The position numbers were made by a program, and so were the translations under genes. This document shows positions 20,573 to 30,163 of a stretch of DNA of 64,000 nt, one piece after another. Source of the stretch: an uncultured archaeon. Its GTDB lineage: Archaea > Asgardarchaeota > Thorarchaeia > Thorarchaeales > Thorarchaeaceae. Below the pieces are notes generated by a model. The model was not told where the DNA came from. It saw only the letters and a program-made list of their open reading frames with translations, and made no database searches. The stretch is from assembly GCA_964458565.1 (NCBI GenBank), contig CAYWJO010000009.1, positions 21,226-85,225 on the forward strand, given 5' to 3'. Positions within the stretch are counted from its first letter, which is position 1. The number at the start of each line of letters is the position of its first letter.

Positions 20573-21331
20573 TCATGAAAGTTCAAAGGACATGAGGTCC
20601 TCCCCCATGATTACTTCCGCATTTGTACGTCTACCAACAATTGAGATGACTTTCTCTTTTTGTTGGACAACATCAGGAGAAACGTGATTCAGAATTACTT
20701 TGGTAGGTTCAACATTCTCTACAATCTCAGTTAGTTCGCTTGGTGAGGTATGGACTCCTTCTGGATGTGCACCATCAAGCCAGTTGCACTCGTGAATTAG
20801 AACATCACACTTCTTTGCTAGTTGGAGAATTTCTGGGCAGGGTGCAGTATCAGATGAGAACACTACGGACTTGCCATTTGACTCAACTCGAAAGGCTCTA
20901 ACATCCATCGTGCTATGAAGAGTCGGACAGAAACTGATTGTGATTGGTCCCTGTTGCATGGCTGCATTTTCTGGTAGCTCAGTATATTTTATTGCTAACT
21001 TTGAGAGGAGATACGGAAATGCAATCTCAGTTGTGCCTCTTGCCCATTCACGAAATGAAGGAGGAGCAAACACATTCAAGGTTTCAGCATATCCAGACAA
21101 CCACAGGCTCTGAACAAGAGTATGAAAATCAGAGCAGTGATCAATGTGAAAGTGACTGATGAATACAGCGGCTAGGTCCTTGAAACTCACATTAGTCTGA
21201 GTTAATCTATGTAAAACACCAGACCCAATGTCCAATAGCAACTTTGTTTTTTCTACTTCAATAAGCATACCCGACTGTACTCGTGATGGATCTGGAAATG
21301 AAGTCCCTGTCCCCAGTAACGTAATTTTCAT
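20573..21331 (-). CDS. Metallo-beta-lactamase-fold hydrolase, RNase Z-like
   Basis: LLGTG, SHFHIDH, FSSDT, LIHEC, HTS, ILNH. Confidence 0.88.
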   Translation of the reverse strand: MKITLLGTGTSFPDPSRVQSGMLIEVEKTKLLLDIGSGVLHRLTQTNVSFKDLAAVFISHFHIDHCSDFHTLVQSLWLSGYAETLNVFAPPSFREWARGTTEIAFPYLLSKLAIKYTELPENAAMQQGPITISFCPTLHSTMDVRAFRVESNGKSVVFSSDTAPCPEILQLAKKCDVLIHECNWLDGAHPEGVHTSPSELTEIVENVEPTKVILNHVSPDVVQQKEKVISIVGRRTNAEVIMGEDLMSFELS

Positions 21332-21376
21332 CTTACTCGGCTTTCACCGGGCGATGATGACTAATCAGTCTTATGT

Positions 21377-21748
21377 CTAAAATGCAGGCTTTGGATTCAA
21401 GACATAACGGACCGTGTTAGAGAACAACCTCAAATCTCGGACAACTCTCATTCTATCAATACTGGGTGCACTAAGCTGGTTAGCAATATCTCTGCATGTT
21501 ACATCTTTGATTGCTCTAAGCAGAGCAGTACTGTCTACTTTAATGATACCACTTTCCACTTTACCATAAAACTGATTGACTGATTCGATAAAGTTATGAT
21601 TTGCATCTCTCAGTTTTGAGATGTCCTCATTATTCATTAATATTTCAATAAGACCACTAATACGATATTGTAGTACTTCGATGGAATCTGCAGGTACCTC
21701 GATTTTTAGAAATGTTCTCTCCTTTGTATCGTTGTACACTGAGTACAC
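21377..21748 (-). CDS. Hypothetical protein
   Basis: 123-aa ORF co-oriented with the MBL gene; helical composition. Confidence 0.55.
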   Translation of the reverse strand: MYSVYNDTKERTFLKIEVPADSIEVLQYRISGLIEILMNNEDISKLRDANHNFIESVNQFYGKVESGIIKVDSTALLRAIKDVTCRDIANQLSAPSIDRMRVVRDLRLFSNTVRYVLNPKPAF

Positions 21749-21891
21749 CGAGTTTTGCTTTAAGCACCCCTATTTAATTGATAAGAAAGAAAAAATAATC
21801 ATTCAATAATTGAATATTACTCGTTTTCGAGTAAAACCGATACTCTTTAGAGGCTCTACCGCTATTTGGAATGCCATAGGGTAAGGAATGT

Positions 21892-22959
21892 GTGATTATG
21901 GGATTGGATCCGGAGCGAAGGGGTAGCCTAATTGCTTTACGGATTCGTTTCGCTCTAATCCTCTTTATATTGTGTGCTGGATTTCTATTAGCTGTTTGGT
22001 ATACAACTTTCCCTTTGAAATCAAACATCGAACCTTTCGAACTCGTGAGGAAATTACCAGTACTTATCCTAGCAATATTCATCCTTATCGCAGTTCAGTT
22101 GGTTACAGATGATTTCCTAGGTTATTGTTTAATGATGACTGGACTTACAATATTCTTTCTAGCGCAGCTAGAGAATTTTATGGATGAATTTTATAGGATA
22201 ACTTACTTTTTTTCACCATTGGATATTGAAGATTTCACGACAGTAGGTTTGCTTCTAGCTGGTTTGGGCATTTATCAATGGAGTCGGCTTCTCATTAGAA
22301 CAACAAGAGAAATGAGTCAACAGCAAAAGGAGACTGACCTCTTTTCAACTATTTTAAGACATGACATAAGCAATGATCTCCAGGCTCTTATGGGATATCT
22401 TGACTCGATACAATTACTTGATGCTTCTTTTTCCAACGAAGCGGTCGAATTACTTGAATCTGCCTCGGAGGCCGGTCGACGCATGTCCCGTCTCGTCAAA
22501 GTGTTCTCAACTATCGAATCGGATGAAAAGCGTGTTATACCTCTTTTAGAAGAAATCATAGAACAAGCTAAGAAGACTCATCTTGGGATCGAAATACAAC
22601 TCGAAGCTCCAGCAACAATTGGGATAATTAACAAAAGTGGTTCCACACTTTTCAGATATGTAGTTGAGAATCTAATACGAAATTCATACGAATACTGTGG
22701 AGAGAATCCTACGGTCTTCATTCGGGTTTCAAGAATCGATACTGCTGCAGAATTGATGATTTGGGATAATGGTCCTGATCTACCCGAAGCTGTGAAATCA
22801 CAGCTCTTTAAGAGAGGTATTACTTCTAGTGGCAGCGGTCTTGGCCTTTATCTTGTAAAGACAATCTGTGAAGCTTGTGGTGGGAGCATTGAGTACCTCG
22901 AAGATGAAAAGTACAGCGGTGCTACATTCAGAATACTCATCCCTCTAAAGATAACGTAA
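21892..22959 (+). CDS. Membrane sensor histidine kinase
   Basis: About 4 TM; LRHDISNDLQ (H box), ENLIRNS (N), DNGP (G1), GSGLGLYL (G2), GATF. Confidence 0.92.
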   Translation: MIMGLDPERRGSLIALRIRFALILFILCAGFLLAVWYTTFPLKSNIEPFELVRKLPVLILAIFILIAVQLVTDDFLGYCLMMTGLTIFFLAQLENFMDEFYRITYFFSPLDIEDFTTVGLLLAGLGIYQWSRLLIRTTREMSQQQKETDLFSTILRHDISNDLQALMGYLDSIQLLDASFSNEAVELLESASEAGRRMSRLVKVFSTIESDEKRVIPLLEEIIEQAKKTHLGIEIQLEAPATIGIINKSGSTLFRYVVENLIRNSYEYCGENPTVFIRVSRIDTAAELMIWDNGPDLPEAVKSQLFKRGITSSGSGLGLYLVKTICEACGGSIEYLEDEKYSGATFRILIPLKIT

Positions 22960-23015
22960 GTATGTATTGCTCAGTCTTATAGTTTATTTCGTCTTGAAAA
23001 AATTCGTGGTTATAG

Positions 23016-23294
23016 ATGAAATCTCAGCATGACGATATTTACGACCCGCGTGTCTTCCCCAATGTAACCGATGAAGCCATTGAAGAAATCACGAACTTCA
23101 GATCAGTGACTGAGAGTATCACTCAGGAGTCAACAAAAGGCACAATCACTTGTCCAAGCTGTGGTACATCCATCAACTTCAAAGATCGAATTGAATGGTT
23201 TGGTCCTACATTTTTTGCTTGCACCGGTTGTCAAAGGATATTGCATATGAACATTATAGCTCAAGCTCTGAGAGACCTCGGATACACTCAATGA
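23016..23294 (+). CDS. Small zinc-ribbon protein
   Basis: CPSC...CTGC. Confidence 0.7.
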   Translation: MKSQHDDIYDPRVFPNVTDEAIEEITNFRSVTESITQESTKGTITCPSCGTSINFKDRIEWFGPTFFACTGCQRILHMNIIAQALRDLGYTQ

Positions 23295-23369
23295 ATCATA
23301 ATTCACTATAGTCCTGAAAAACTCACTAGTTCACGGTCCAATCGTTTTAGAAATACAGGAGTAGTATCG

Positions 23370-23528
23370 GTGAAATGATGAAGACTATCAGCACGAGTGC
23401 TTGGCATTGGATTGTTATGTGTCGCAATCCTGGAAGTTATACTCAATTCAGCATAATCATTAGAAGAAGAGAACATCTAATCATGATGGCTCATAATCGT
23501 GGTAATCATTATTATATTGCGTCGCTGA
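23370..23528 (+). pseudogene. Relic of a surface protein (signal-like and C-terminal anchor-like pieces only)
   Basis: AGGAG then GTG 23370; one frame reads K**RLSARVLGIGLLCVAILEVILNSA*...WLIIVVIIIILRR*. Confidence 0.35.
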
Positions 23529-23616
23529 TAGAAAAGGCAACAATGAATGAAGAATGTTAATGTATAACTCCTACTTCATTGTTATTGCAGATGATAATGA
23601 ATAAGCTGGTGGCTAT

Positions 23617-24021
23617 ATGACTACTCTCTTTGATCTTATAGATAAATGGACTCTGGATTCATGGGACCGCGGGAAAATCGAGTCAACACTGGAACAGGTA
23701 GCATCACCCTTCTATGATCGTAAGAAGGTGTTACTCATCTTAGATGATTTCTGGGATCTTTTAGAAATCATCGATGACCCATATGAGTTTATGACAGAAG
23801 ATACGAAGAAACAGCAGGTTGAACTCTATCTCTCTGATGAATTCACTGAACGATGCGCTAAATCGATCAATCTTGAAGTAGTATCGGAGCCAGAGCTTCA
23901 GATCAGAGTCTTGAATGCGGATGAAATCGTAAATCAACATCCTGTTTGGTTCGATGAATATGACCCGATGACTTGGGATGAAGTGGAATCAACAATCAAG
24001 CGTGCGCTAGATGAAAAGTAA
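23617..24021 (+). CDS. Hypothetical acidic protein, paralog A
   Basis: Aligns along its length with 24040-24447. Confidence 0.75.
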   Translation: MTTLFDLIDKWTLDSWDRGKIESTLEQVASPFYDRKKVLLILDDFWDLLEIIDDPYEFMTEDTKKQQVELYLSDEFTERCAKSINLEVVSEPELQIRVLNADEIVNQHPVWFDEYDPMTWDEVESTIKRALDEK

Positions 24022-24039
24022 GAGTGTGGTGTAGATAAA

Positions 24040-24447
24040 ATGAAAATATCTTTCTACGATCTATTAATTGAATGGACCAAAAAACCTTGGGATGACCTAT
24101 TGGCTTTGGATGTTATGGAACAGATTCTCACTCCATTCAATGAACGCAAATTAAACTTCAAAGCAATTGAGCCAATTAGAAAGTTGATTGATGCTTTCTT
24201 TGATGGAATAGGACTCATCATGACTGACGAGGAAAAATATGCAGACCTCCTTAATCTGCTAGAAGACGAGGCTGTGAAACAAACTGCTGAGGCATTAATG
24301 CTTGATGTCAAAGATGGCCCTGACGTGAAGGTGACTGTTCTCACAATCGATATGTTCATTCAGGAACATCCGCAGTGGTTTGAGAAACCATCAGAAATGG
24401 ACGATATGTTCTCAGATGTTATTGATTCATATAAAGGAAGAAAATGA
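24040..24447 (+). CDS. Hypothetical acidic protein, paralog B
   Basis: Shares DL..WT..WD, EQ..PF..RK, MT, HP.WF with paralog A. Confidence 0.75.
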   Translation: MKISFYDLLIEWTKKPWDDLLALDVMEQILTPFNERKLNFKAIEPIRKLIDAFFDGIGLIMTDEEKYADLLNLLEDEAVKQTAEALMLDVKDGPDVKVTVLTIDMFIQEHPQWFEKPSEMDDMFSDVIDSYKGRK

Positions 24448-24537
24448 TTCAGTCTGTAAATTGGCTCACACTCAATTAGCAATTTTTCTTTTTTTAACTT
24501 GATTCAAGTTATGCAATGTTAACTGAGAATAAGATAG

Positions 24538-24565
24538 AGAAGTCTGGGGAATTACCCCAGCTTCT
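24538..24565 (-). terminator. Stem-loop 3' of the 24578 gene
   Basis: AGAAG(T)CTGGGG-AATTA-CCCCAGCTTCT, then CTATCTTATTCTC on the minus strand. Confidence 0.55.
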
Positions 24566-24577
24566 TCCGCAAATGAA

Positions 24578-25138
24578 CTAATCTTGATACTCTTTCATGA
24601 AGCCCTCGCGTTGTTTCCATTTTTCTTCGAGGCGCTGCATGATTTGCCACATTCGATAGGTGTAGTTCCATGCTTCATCGAATTTTCCTTGATTCATTTC
24701 ATCAAGGAACTCTTCAACAACATCATTGATAGCTCCGATGTCATCAATGATTACCGCATCGAATTCATAAACTCTATCGAGTTCTCTCTCATTGATTTTT
24801 TCCTTGCTTCCCCATGCAGCATAACCATAATCTGCATAGCGAATAGCTGACTCAAGCTTGTCTGTTAGAGCAAGCATCCGATCAAAGGTTTCCCAAGTCT
24901 TGGTGAGATTATAATCTACAACCATCATCTGCAGCTTCTCAAGGTCTTGTTTGACAAGCCTGAGCTGGTCCGCGAGGAATTCTCTGAGTACTTTATCTGC
25001 GGCACGACGTTCCTCCTTTTCCTGATAGCCATGCCATCCAGGAATATAGTGAGTAATAGTTCCAAAGAATCCGCCCTTGATGTCCCGAGCTGCTTTCTTG
25101 CGAATCCGTTTCGCAATTGGGTCAGTGACTTTGCCCAT
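24578..25138 (-). CDS. Conserved helical hypothetical protein (family recalled as SPFH-operon associated)
   Basis: IPGWHGYQEKEERRAADKVLR...ADYGY...ELDRVYEFD motif set; good RBS. Confidence 0.75.
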   Translation of the reverse strand: MGKVTDPIAKRIRKKAARDIKGGFFGTITHYIPGWHGYQEKEERRAADKVLREFLADQLRLVKQDLEKLQMMVVDYNLTKTWETFDRMLALTDKLESAIRYADYGYAAWGSKEKINERELDRVYEFDAVIIDDIGAINDVVEEFLDEMNQGKFDEAWNYTYRMWQIMQRLEEKWKQREGFMKEYQD

Positions 25139-25332
25139 GTGCTGTTTCTCCTGAAAATATCTTCAACCCATATAGCGTAATACATGGGTTGTTCTAAGAG
25201 GATGTTGTCATGATTGCTTAAAAACAATCTGACTAAGTACGTCTTGTTATTGAGAGCGAAATATTTACTTAGAGTAAGTGATTTTTCTATTGAATGAGTT
25301 CACTTTCTTGACTCTTCTCATTCTACCAAGCT

Positions 25333-26220
25333 TTATTTCGCTAGATGCTTAAGAATTGGTTCTGCTGGAACCCGATTCATTTCTAACCCAATATCACTCT
25401 CAGTCATTCCCAGTGTCAATGCAAGGATTTGTGGATAAAGTAGTATCGGTAAATCGTAGACTTCTCCATATGAATCCTTCAGACCAAGTTGCTGTAAGTC
25501 CAGTTGGTTCGCACAAGCAGGACAAACAGTAGTTGCGAATACAGCTCCCGCATCTTTCATATCCTTGATTTTGTCTCGAGCGAGTCTGATTGCCAAATCC
25601 TCATTCACTGGGAGTACAGTCGCTCCGCAACATTGTTTCCATAGAGGATACTCGATTACTTTGGCTCCAGTCACCTGAACAAGATCCTGAAGCATCTCTG
25701 GATTAAACTCTGTAACATCATCCGGACGAAGAAGATGGCATCCATAATGAATAGCAATCCCAACTCCATCAAGTGGATTAGTCACTTTCTTGCGAATTTC
25801 TTCAAGACCAATGTCAGTATACAATGCTTCGACAAAATGCCGTGGTTTTACTGTGCCTTCAAAAGTTAGACTTTCCTTCTTCAATTCTGTATTTACAAAA
25901 TCTCTCTGTTTGGAATCATGAAGTAATTGATGATAAACATCCTTTAGTGATCCGAAACATCCATTGCATGGTGTAACAATGTCGTGTCCCTTTCTCTCAG
26001 CCACAGCAAGAGTTCTGGCATTAACAAGTAACCATCCATAATAGTCGATTGCTCTGAGATTCGGACTTCCGCAGCAAGAAACATCTTCCAAATACTCTAA
26101 TTCCATACCGAACGCTTCAGCTACTTTCAGGACTGAAACCTCATAGTTGGGGTAGTTAGCAGGAACACTGCATCCCATGTAGAGACTATATGTAGGCATT
26201 TTACTCACTTCCTCCAACAA
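25333..26220 (-). CDS. hdrB: Heterodisulfide reductase subunit B (CCG domains)
   Basis: YMGC, SCCG, PCNGC, HYGCH, QCCG, VCPAC. Confidence 0.92.
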   Translation of the reverse strand: MLEEVSKMPTYSLYMGCSVPANYPNYEVSVLKVAEAFGMELEYLEDVSCCGSPNLRAIDYYGWLLVNARTLAVAERKGHDIVTPCNGCFGSLKDVYHQLLHDSKQRDFVNTELKKESLTFEGTVKPRHFVEALYTDIGLEEIRKKVTNPLDGVGIAIHYGCHLLRPDDVTEFNPEMLQDLVQVTGAKVIEYPLWKQCCGATVLPVNEDLAIRLARDKIKDMKDAGAVFATTVCPACANQLDLQQLGLKDSYGEVYDLPILLYPQILALTLGMTESDIGLEMNRVPAEPILKHLAK

Positions 26221-26737
26221 GCTTGCTAGTTTGTGTTCCTTTCAAAATCCGTTTAATTCCCTCTTTCGAAAGACCGGGTACTTCTGGTTCTAAGCCAAGG
26301 TCCTCTCTTTCCCAATCTGCAGTTACTTCGTATAATTGGCCCTTCTCGAGCAAGTCTTTTGCCAATCCAATGATGTTCTCAGGTACATGCCTTTCTTTGG
26401 CAGCTAGATTCTTGCAATCGAAAAAGATGTCAGTGACTCTGACCTTCTGAGGACACCTCTCTTGGCATTGAAAGCAGGTGAGACATAACCAGATTTCGTT
26501 TGATGATAGAACTTCTTTTCGCATGCCAAGTAATATCATTCGTATCAATTGATGGGGTTTATATTCCCACAGATTTGCGATCGGACAGGATGCAGTACAT
26601 GATGAACAGGCGAAACAGGCGTTCAAATCTTCACCATTAGGCATGCTCTTTATTTCTCTCCTGAAATTTGGATCCAAATCTTTCATTCTAATTGGTTCAA
26701 GAGAAATCATTTGGGATTCATTTCTTTGTTCACTCAT
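26201..26737 (-). CDS. hdrC: Heterodisulfide reductase subunit C
   Basis: CFACSSCTASCP and WLCLTCFQCQERCP. Confidence 0.92.
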   Translation of the reverse strand: MSEQRNESQMISLEPIRMKDLDPNFRREIKSMPNGEDLNACFACSSCTASCPIANLWEYKPHQLIRMILLGMRKEVLSSNEIWLCLTCFQCQERCPQKVRVTDIFFDCKNLAAKERHVPENIIGLAKDLLEKGQLYEVTADWEREDLGLEPEVPGLSKEGIKRILKGTQTSKLVGGSE

Positions 26738-26743
26738 TATCTC

Positions 26744-29700
26744 TCACCTGCTCTCCGATGATTGAGGGGCTGCTTGTCTCCTTCGATATGCTGCAATCAG
26801 ACCGAATATTTCTGATTCAATCTGCTCAGTCGTATAGTGTTTGCGACTTGCAGCTCCAGTTGGACAAATCACCTGACATTTTCCGCAACCTGTACAAAGA
26901 AGTGAATTGACTTGGGCTAGTTGCGGTTGGTTTTCCCTATCCTGCAGAGTGATTGCATCGTACGGGCAGATTTTCACACAGAGACCGCATCCGATGCATA
27001 ATTCCTCGTTAATGGTTGCTTTATCCATTGATACTCTGACTTTCCCAGCAAGAACATGCGAAGCAGCTGCACTCGCTGCAGCTTTTCCTTGAGCCACACT
27101 TTGAGGAATATCCATTGGACTCTGGCAAGCTCCTGCAATGTAAACACCTCTTGCCTTTGTACTAACAGGTTCAAGTTTTGGATGGAGTTCTTTCATGAAT
27201 CCACCCTCGCTTCGGTCTACGCCAAGATGATGCGCTAGTTCTGCTGTGCCCTTGGAGGGGTCTACTGCCATCGTGAGTACTACAAGGTCAAAATTAAGTC
27301 TCATGAGTTGACCTGAACCTTGGTCAAAGAGACTAAAGCTAATAGTTCCATCCTCTTCTTCGATCATTTCACTCGGAAATCCTCTAGCAAATCGAACACC
27401 ATGTTCTCTCACTCTCCGATAGAATTGTTCGTACTCTTTCCCACCAGCACGAAGTTCATGGTAGATGATCCATTGCTCTACTTCATCGTGATATAATCTA
27501 TCCGTCATTTCAGCATGTCTCAGAGTGTACATGCATCCAAAGTTGCAGCACCATGGTCTACAACCTTCATCTCGCGAACCAGCACAATTGATGTAAGCAA
27601 TCCGTTTTGGTTTCTCCTTGAATTCTGGTGGAATAAGGACCTCTCCTCCTGTTGGTCCTACCAAACTCAATAAACGGCCGTATTGTCCAGCTGTAATGAC
27701 CCGCTTGAATTTTCCGCCTCCATACTCAGGTAATTCTTCCATACTAATCTCTTCAAAACCAGTGGCAGCAATTATCGCTCCCACTGTAAGTTCCACAATT
27801 TCCTCTTTCATACTGTGATCGATTGCATCTTTTGGACACGCTTCTACGCAGAGTTTACATTCACAACAAATTGCACATCCAAGACACCTCTCTGCTTCCT
27901 CTATTGCTGTTTTCTCTGAAAAGCCAAGCTCCACTTCATCAAATCCGCTGACTCTACTCTTCTTTGGTAATTTACGCATATGATGACGGTTTCCACCTGG
28001 TAGCTCATTATCTTCTAACTCAGGTCTTGGAGCACGAGGTAGTACATCTGGTCTACCTTCGTATAGATCCAATCCCTGGATATACCGATGTATTGATTTC
28101 GCCGCTTCATTTCCCGCGCCAACTGCTTCTATGACACTAGCAGGACCAGTTACTAGATCTCCACCTGCAAATACTCCTGTAGTACTAGTCTGCATGGTGA
28201 TTGGGTCCACTTCAGGAGTGCCCCATAGTGTAAGTTCAAGACCTGCATGCGGTCCTATTGCGCTAACCTTTTGCCCAATAGCAATAATGATGGTGTCGAC
28301 ATCCATATCGAAATCTGAATCAGGAATCGAAACTGGTCTTCGTCTACCAGACTCATCAGGCTCTCCGAGTTTCATCCTTGAACATCTGAGACCGATAACA
28401 CTTCCATTTGATGTTAAAACCTCAACCGGTTGTGTCAGTATCTGTAGTTTTACTCCTTCCTTTTCAGTATCATTGACTTCTTCTTGGATTGCTGGCATTT
28501 CGGCTCTGGAACGTCTGTACACTAGACTCACTTTCTCAGCGCCTAATCTCACCGCTACACGTGCGGCGTCAACAGCTGCATTACCACCACCTATCACCGC
28601 AACTTTCTTCCCGATTGACACCTTCTCATCTTTATTCACTCGCTCGAGGAAATCTAGGGCATGATATACACCTTTAGAGTCCTCCCCTTTTACTCTCAGC
28701 TTTGAGCTTTCAAGAGCTCCAGTTCCTAGAAAGACTGCTTGGAATCCTTGTTTCATTAGTTCTTCTATAGATTCTATTCTAGACCCTGTCTGTATCTGCA
28801 CTCCGTGCTGCACTACTCTCTCAATCTCGTCCTGCAAAATCTTACGGGGTAATCGATGGTCCGGGATTCCAAATCTCATGAGTCCTCCTGCTTCTGAGTT
28901 GGCTTCAAAAATTGTGACCGGATATCCTAGAATGGCTAGTTGATATGCACATGCAATACCAGCAGGACCTGCCCCAACAACGGCTACACGTTCTTTCTTA
29001 TCGATATTTGTTTCAACAGGTGCAATTTCTCCTGATTCTTGCTCATTGTCGTAAAGGAATCTATGCAGATTTCTTATACTCAGACTCTCATCATAAGTAC
29101 CTCTCTCACATTCCTCCTCACACGCACTGAAACATACTCTTCCCAGGGAACCAGGGAATGGAATTGCTTCTCTAACAAGACTAAGTGCCTTCGCGTATTT
29201 CTTCTCATGAAGAAGAGTGATGAAACCTTGGCAACTAACATGGGCTGGGCATGAAATCTTACATGCTGCATGACCTAACTTCTCAATCGCAAATGTAGAT
29301 GGTACTGCTTGAGGATATGGTTTGTAAGTAGCTTTTCGTTTAGAGAGTCCAAAATCGTGTTCATTTGGAGTAAGTACAGGACAAACCTCTCCGCAGTCAC
29401 CACAGGAGTTACACTTCTCAGAATCAACAAATCGTGGTCTTTTACGGACTTTTACTTTAAAATTACCATAATCCCTCTCAACATCTACTACCTCAGAACA
29501 GGCTAGTATCTCTATATTCTTGCTCCGGTCAACTGCAGAAAGTTTTGGCGAAAGAATACACATGGAGCAATCAAGGGTTGGAAATGTTTTCTCGAGCTTC
29601 GCCATATATCCTCCAATCGCAACATTCCTCTCAATCAAAGTGACCTTGATGTCTTTCTCTGCTAGGTCGAGAGCCGCTTGAATTCCTGCTATGCCCCCTC

Positions 29701-30160
29701 CAATGACTACGGCATTCTTTTCGACTGGATATTCCTCAAAACCTATGTCCTCTAGATGTTTTGCACGTTCGATTGCTCCAGTAATCAAATCGTATGCCAC
29801 TTCGTAAGCTTCCTCTGGATGATCTCCATGAACCCATGTATCATGTTCTCTGAGGTTCGCCTGTGCCAAACGAAATCTGTTAAGTCCGCTCTCCTCAAGG
29901 ATTTCACGGAAAAGCTCCTCATGCAGTTTTGGTGTACAAGATGCGACAACTACTCCTGTTAATCCCTCTTCTTTTATAGTATCAGCAATTTTGGTTTGAC
30001 CTTCCTTTGAACAAGTAAACATGTTCCATGTTGACAATTCTACACCAGGATATTCATCAAAATCATGAGCGAGTCTATCGACGTCAATTACTCCTCCGAT
30101 ATTACTTCCACAGCTGCAAATGAACACACCAATCTTTTCTTTCTTCTCTTTGCGCGGCAT
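26744..30160 (-). CDS. hdrA: HdrA with inserted GltD/NfnB-like NAD(P)H oxidoreductase module (HdrL-type)
   Basis: FICSCG, GGGIAG, KTFPTLDCSMC; insert CKISCP, GRVC..CEEEC, GAGPAG, GGGNAA, FAGGD; then CAGSRD..WCC..GC and C-terminal ferredoxin. Confidence 0.92.
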   Translation of the reverse strand: MPRKEKKEKIGVFICSCGSNIGGVIDVDRLAHDFDEYPGVELSTWNMFTCSKEGQTKIADTIKEEGLTGVVVASCTPKLHEELFREILEESGLNRFRLAQANLREHDTWVHGDHPEEAYEVAYDLITGAIERAKHLEDIGFEEYPVEKNAVVIGGGIAGIQAALDLAEKDIKVTLIERNVAIGGYMAKLEKTFPTLDCSMCILSPKLSAVDRSKNIEILACSEVVDVERDYGNFKVKVRKRPRFVDSEKCNSCGDCGEVCPVLTPNEHDFGLSKRKATYKPYPQAVPSTFAIEKLGHAACKISCPAHVSCQGFITLLHEKKYAKALSLVREAIPFPGSLGRVCFSACEEECERGTYDESLSIRNLHRFLYDNEQESGEIAPVETNIDKKERVAVVGAGPAGIACAYQLAILGYPVTIFEANSEAGGLMRFGIPDHRLPRKILQDEIERVVQHGVQIQTGSRIESIEELMKQGFQAVFLGTGALESSKLRVKGEDSKGVYHALDFLERVNKDEKVSIGKKVAVIGGGNAAVDAARVAVRLGAEKVSLVYRRSRAEMPAIQEEVNDTEKEGVKLQILTQPVEVLTSNGSVIGLRCSRMKLGEPDESGRRRPVSIPDSDFDMDVDTIIIAIGQKVSAIGPHAGLELTLWGTPEVDPITMQTSTTGVFAGGDLVTGPASVIEAVGAGNEAAKSIHRYIQGLDLYEGRPDVLPRAPRPELEDNELPGGNRHHMRKLPKKSRVSGFDEVELGFSEKTAIEEAERCLGCAICCECKLCVEACPKDAIDHSMKEEIVELTVGAIIAATGFEEISMEELPEYGGGKFKRVITAGQYGRLLSLVGPTGGEVLIPPEFKEKPKRIAYINCAGSRDEGCRPWCCNFGCMYTLRHAEMTDRLYHDEVEQWIIYHELRAGGKEYEQFYRRVREHGVRFARGFPSEMIEEEDGTISFSLFDQGSGQLMRLNFDLVVLTMAVDPSKGTAELAHHLGVDRSEGGFMKELHPKLEPVSTKARGVYIAGACQSPMDIPQSVAQGKAAASAAASHVLAGKVRVSMDKATINEELCIGCGLCVKICPYDAITLQDRENQPQLAQVNSLLCTGCGKCQVICPTGAASRKHYTTEQIESEIFGLIAAYRRRQAAPQSSESR

Positions 30161-30163
30161 TAT

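Noticed and set aside
23537-23588. Possible SECIS-like stem (AACAATGAA...TTCATTGTT)
   Set aside because: AT-rich, no adjacent credible selenoprotein gene and no clear SECIS core geometry
17403-24565. CRISPR array from the related palindromes
   Set aside because: Only three non-identical copies, kilobases apart, with no spacer periodicity and no cas genes
28131-28664. 177-aa plus-strand ORF and the many other short antisense ORFs in the track (e.g. 41479-42054, 8080-8421)
   Set aside because: Shadow frames of well-supported genes on the opposite strand
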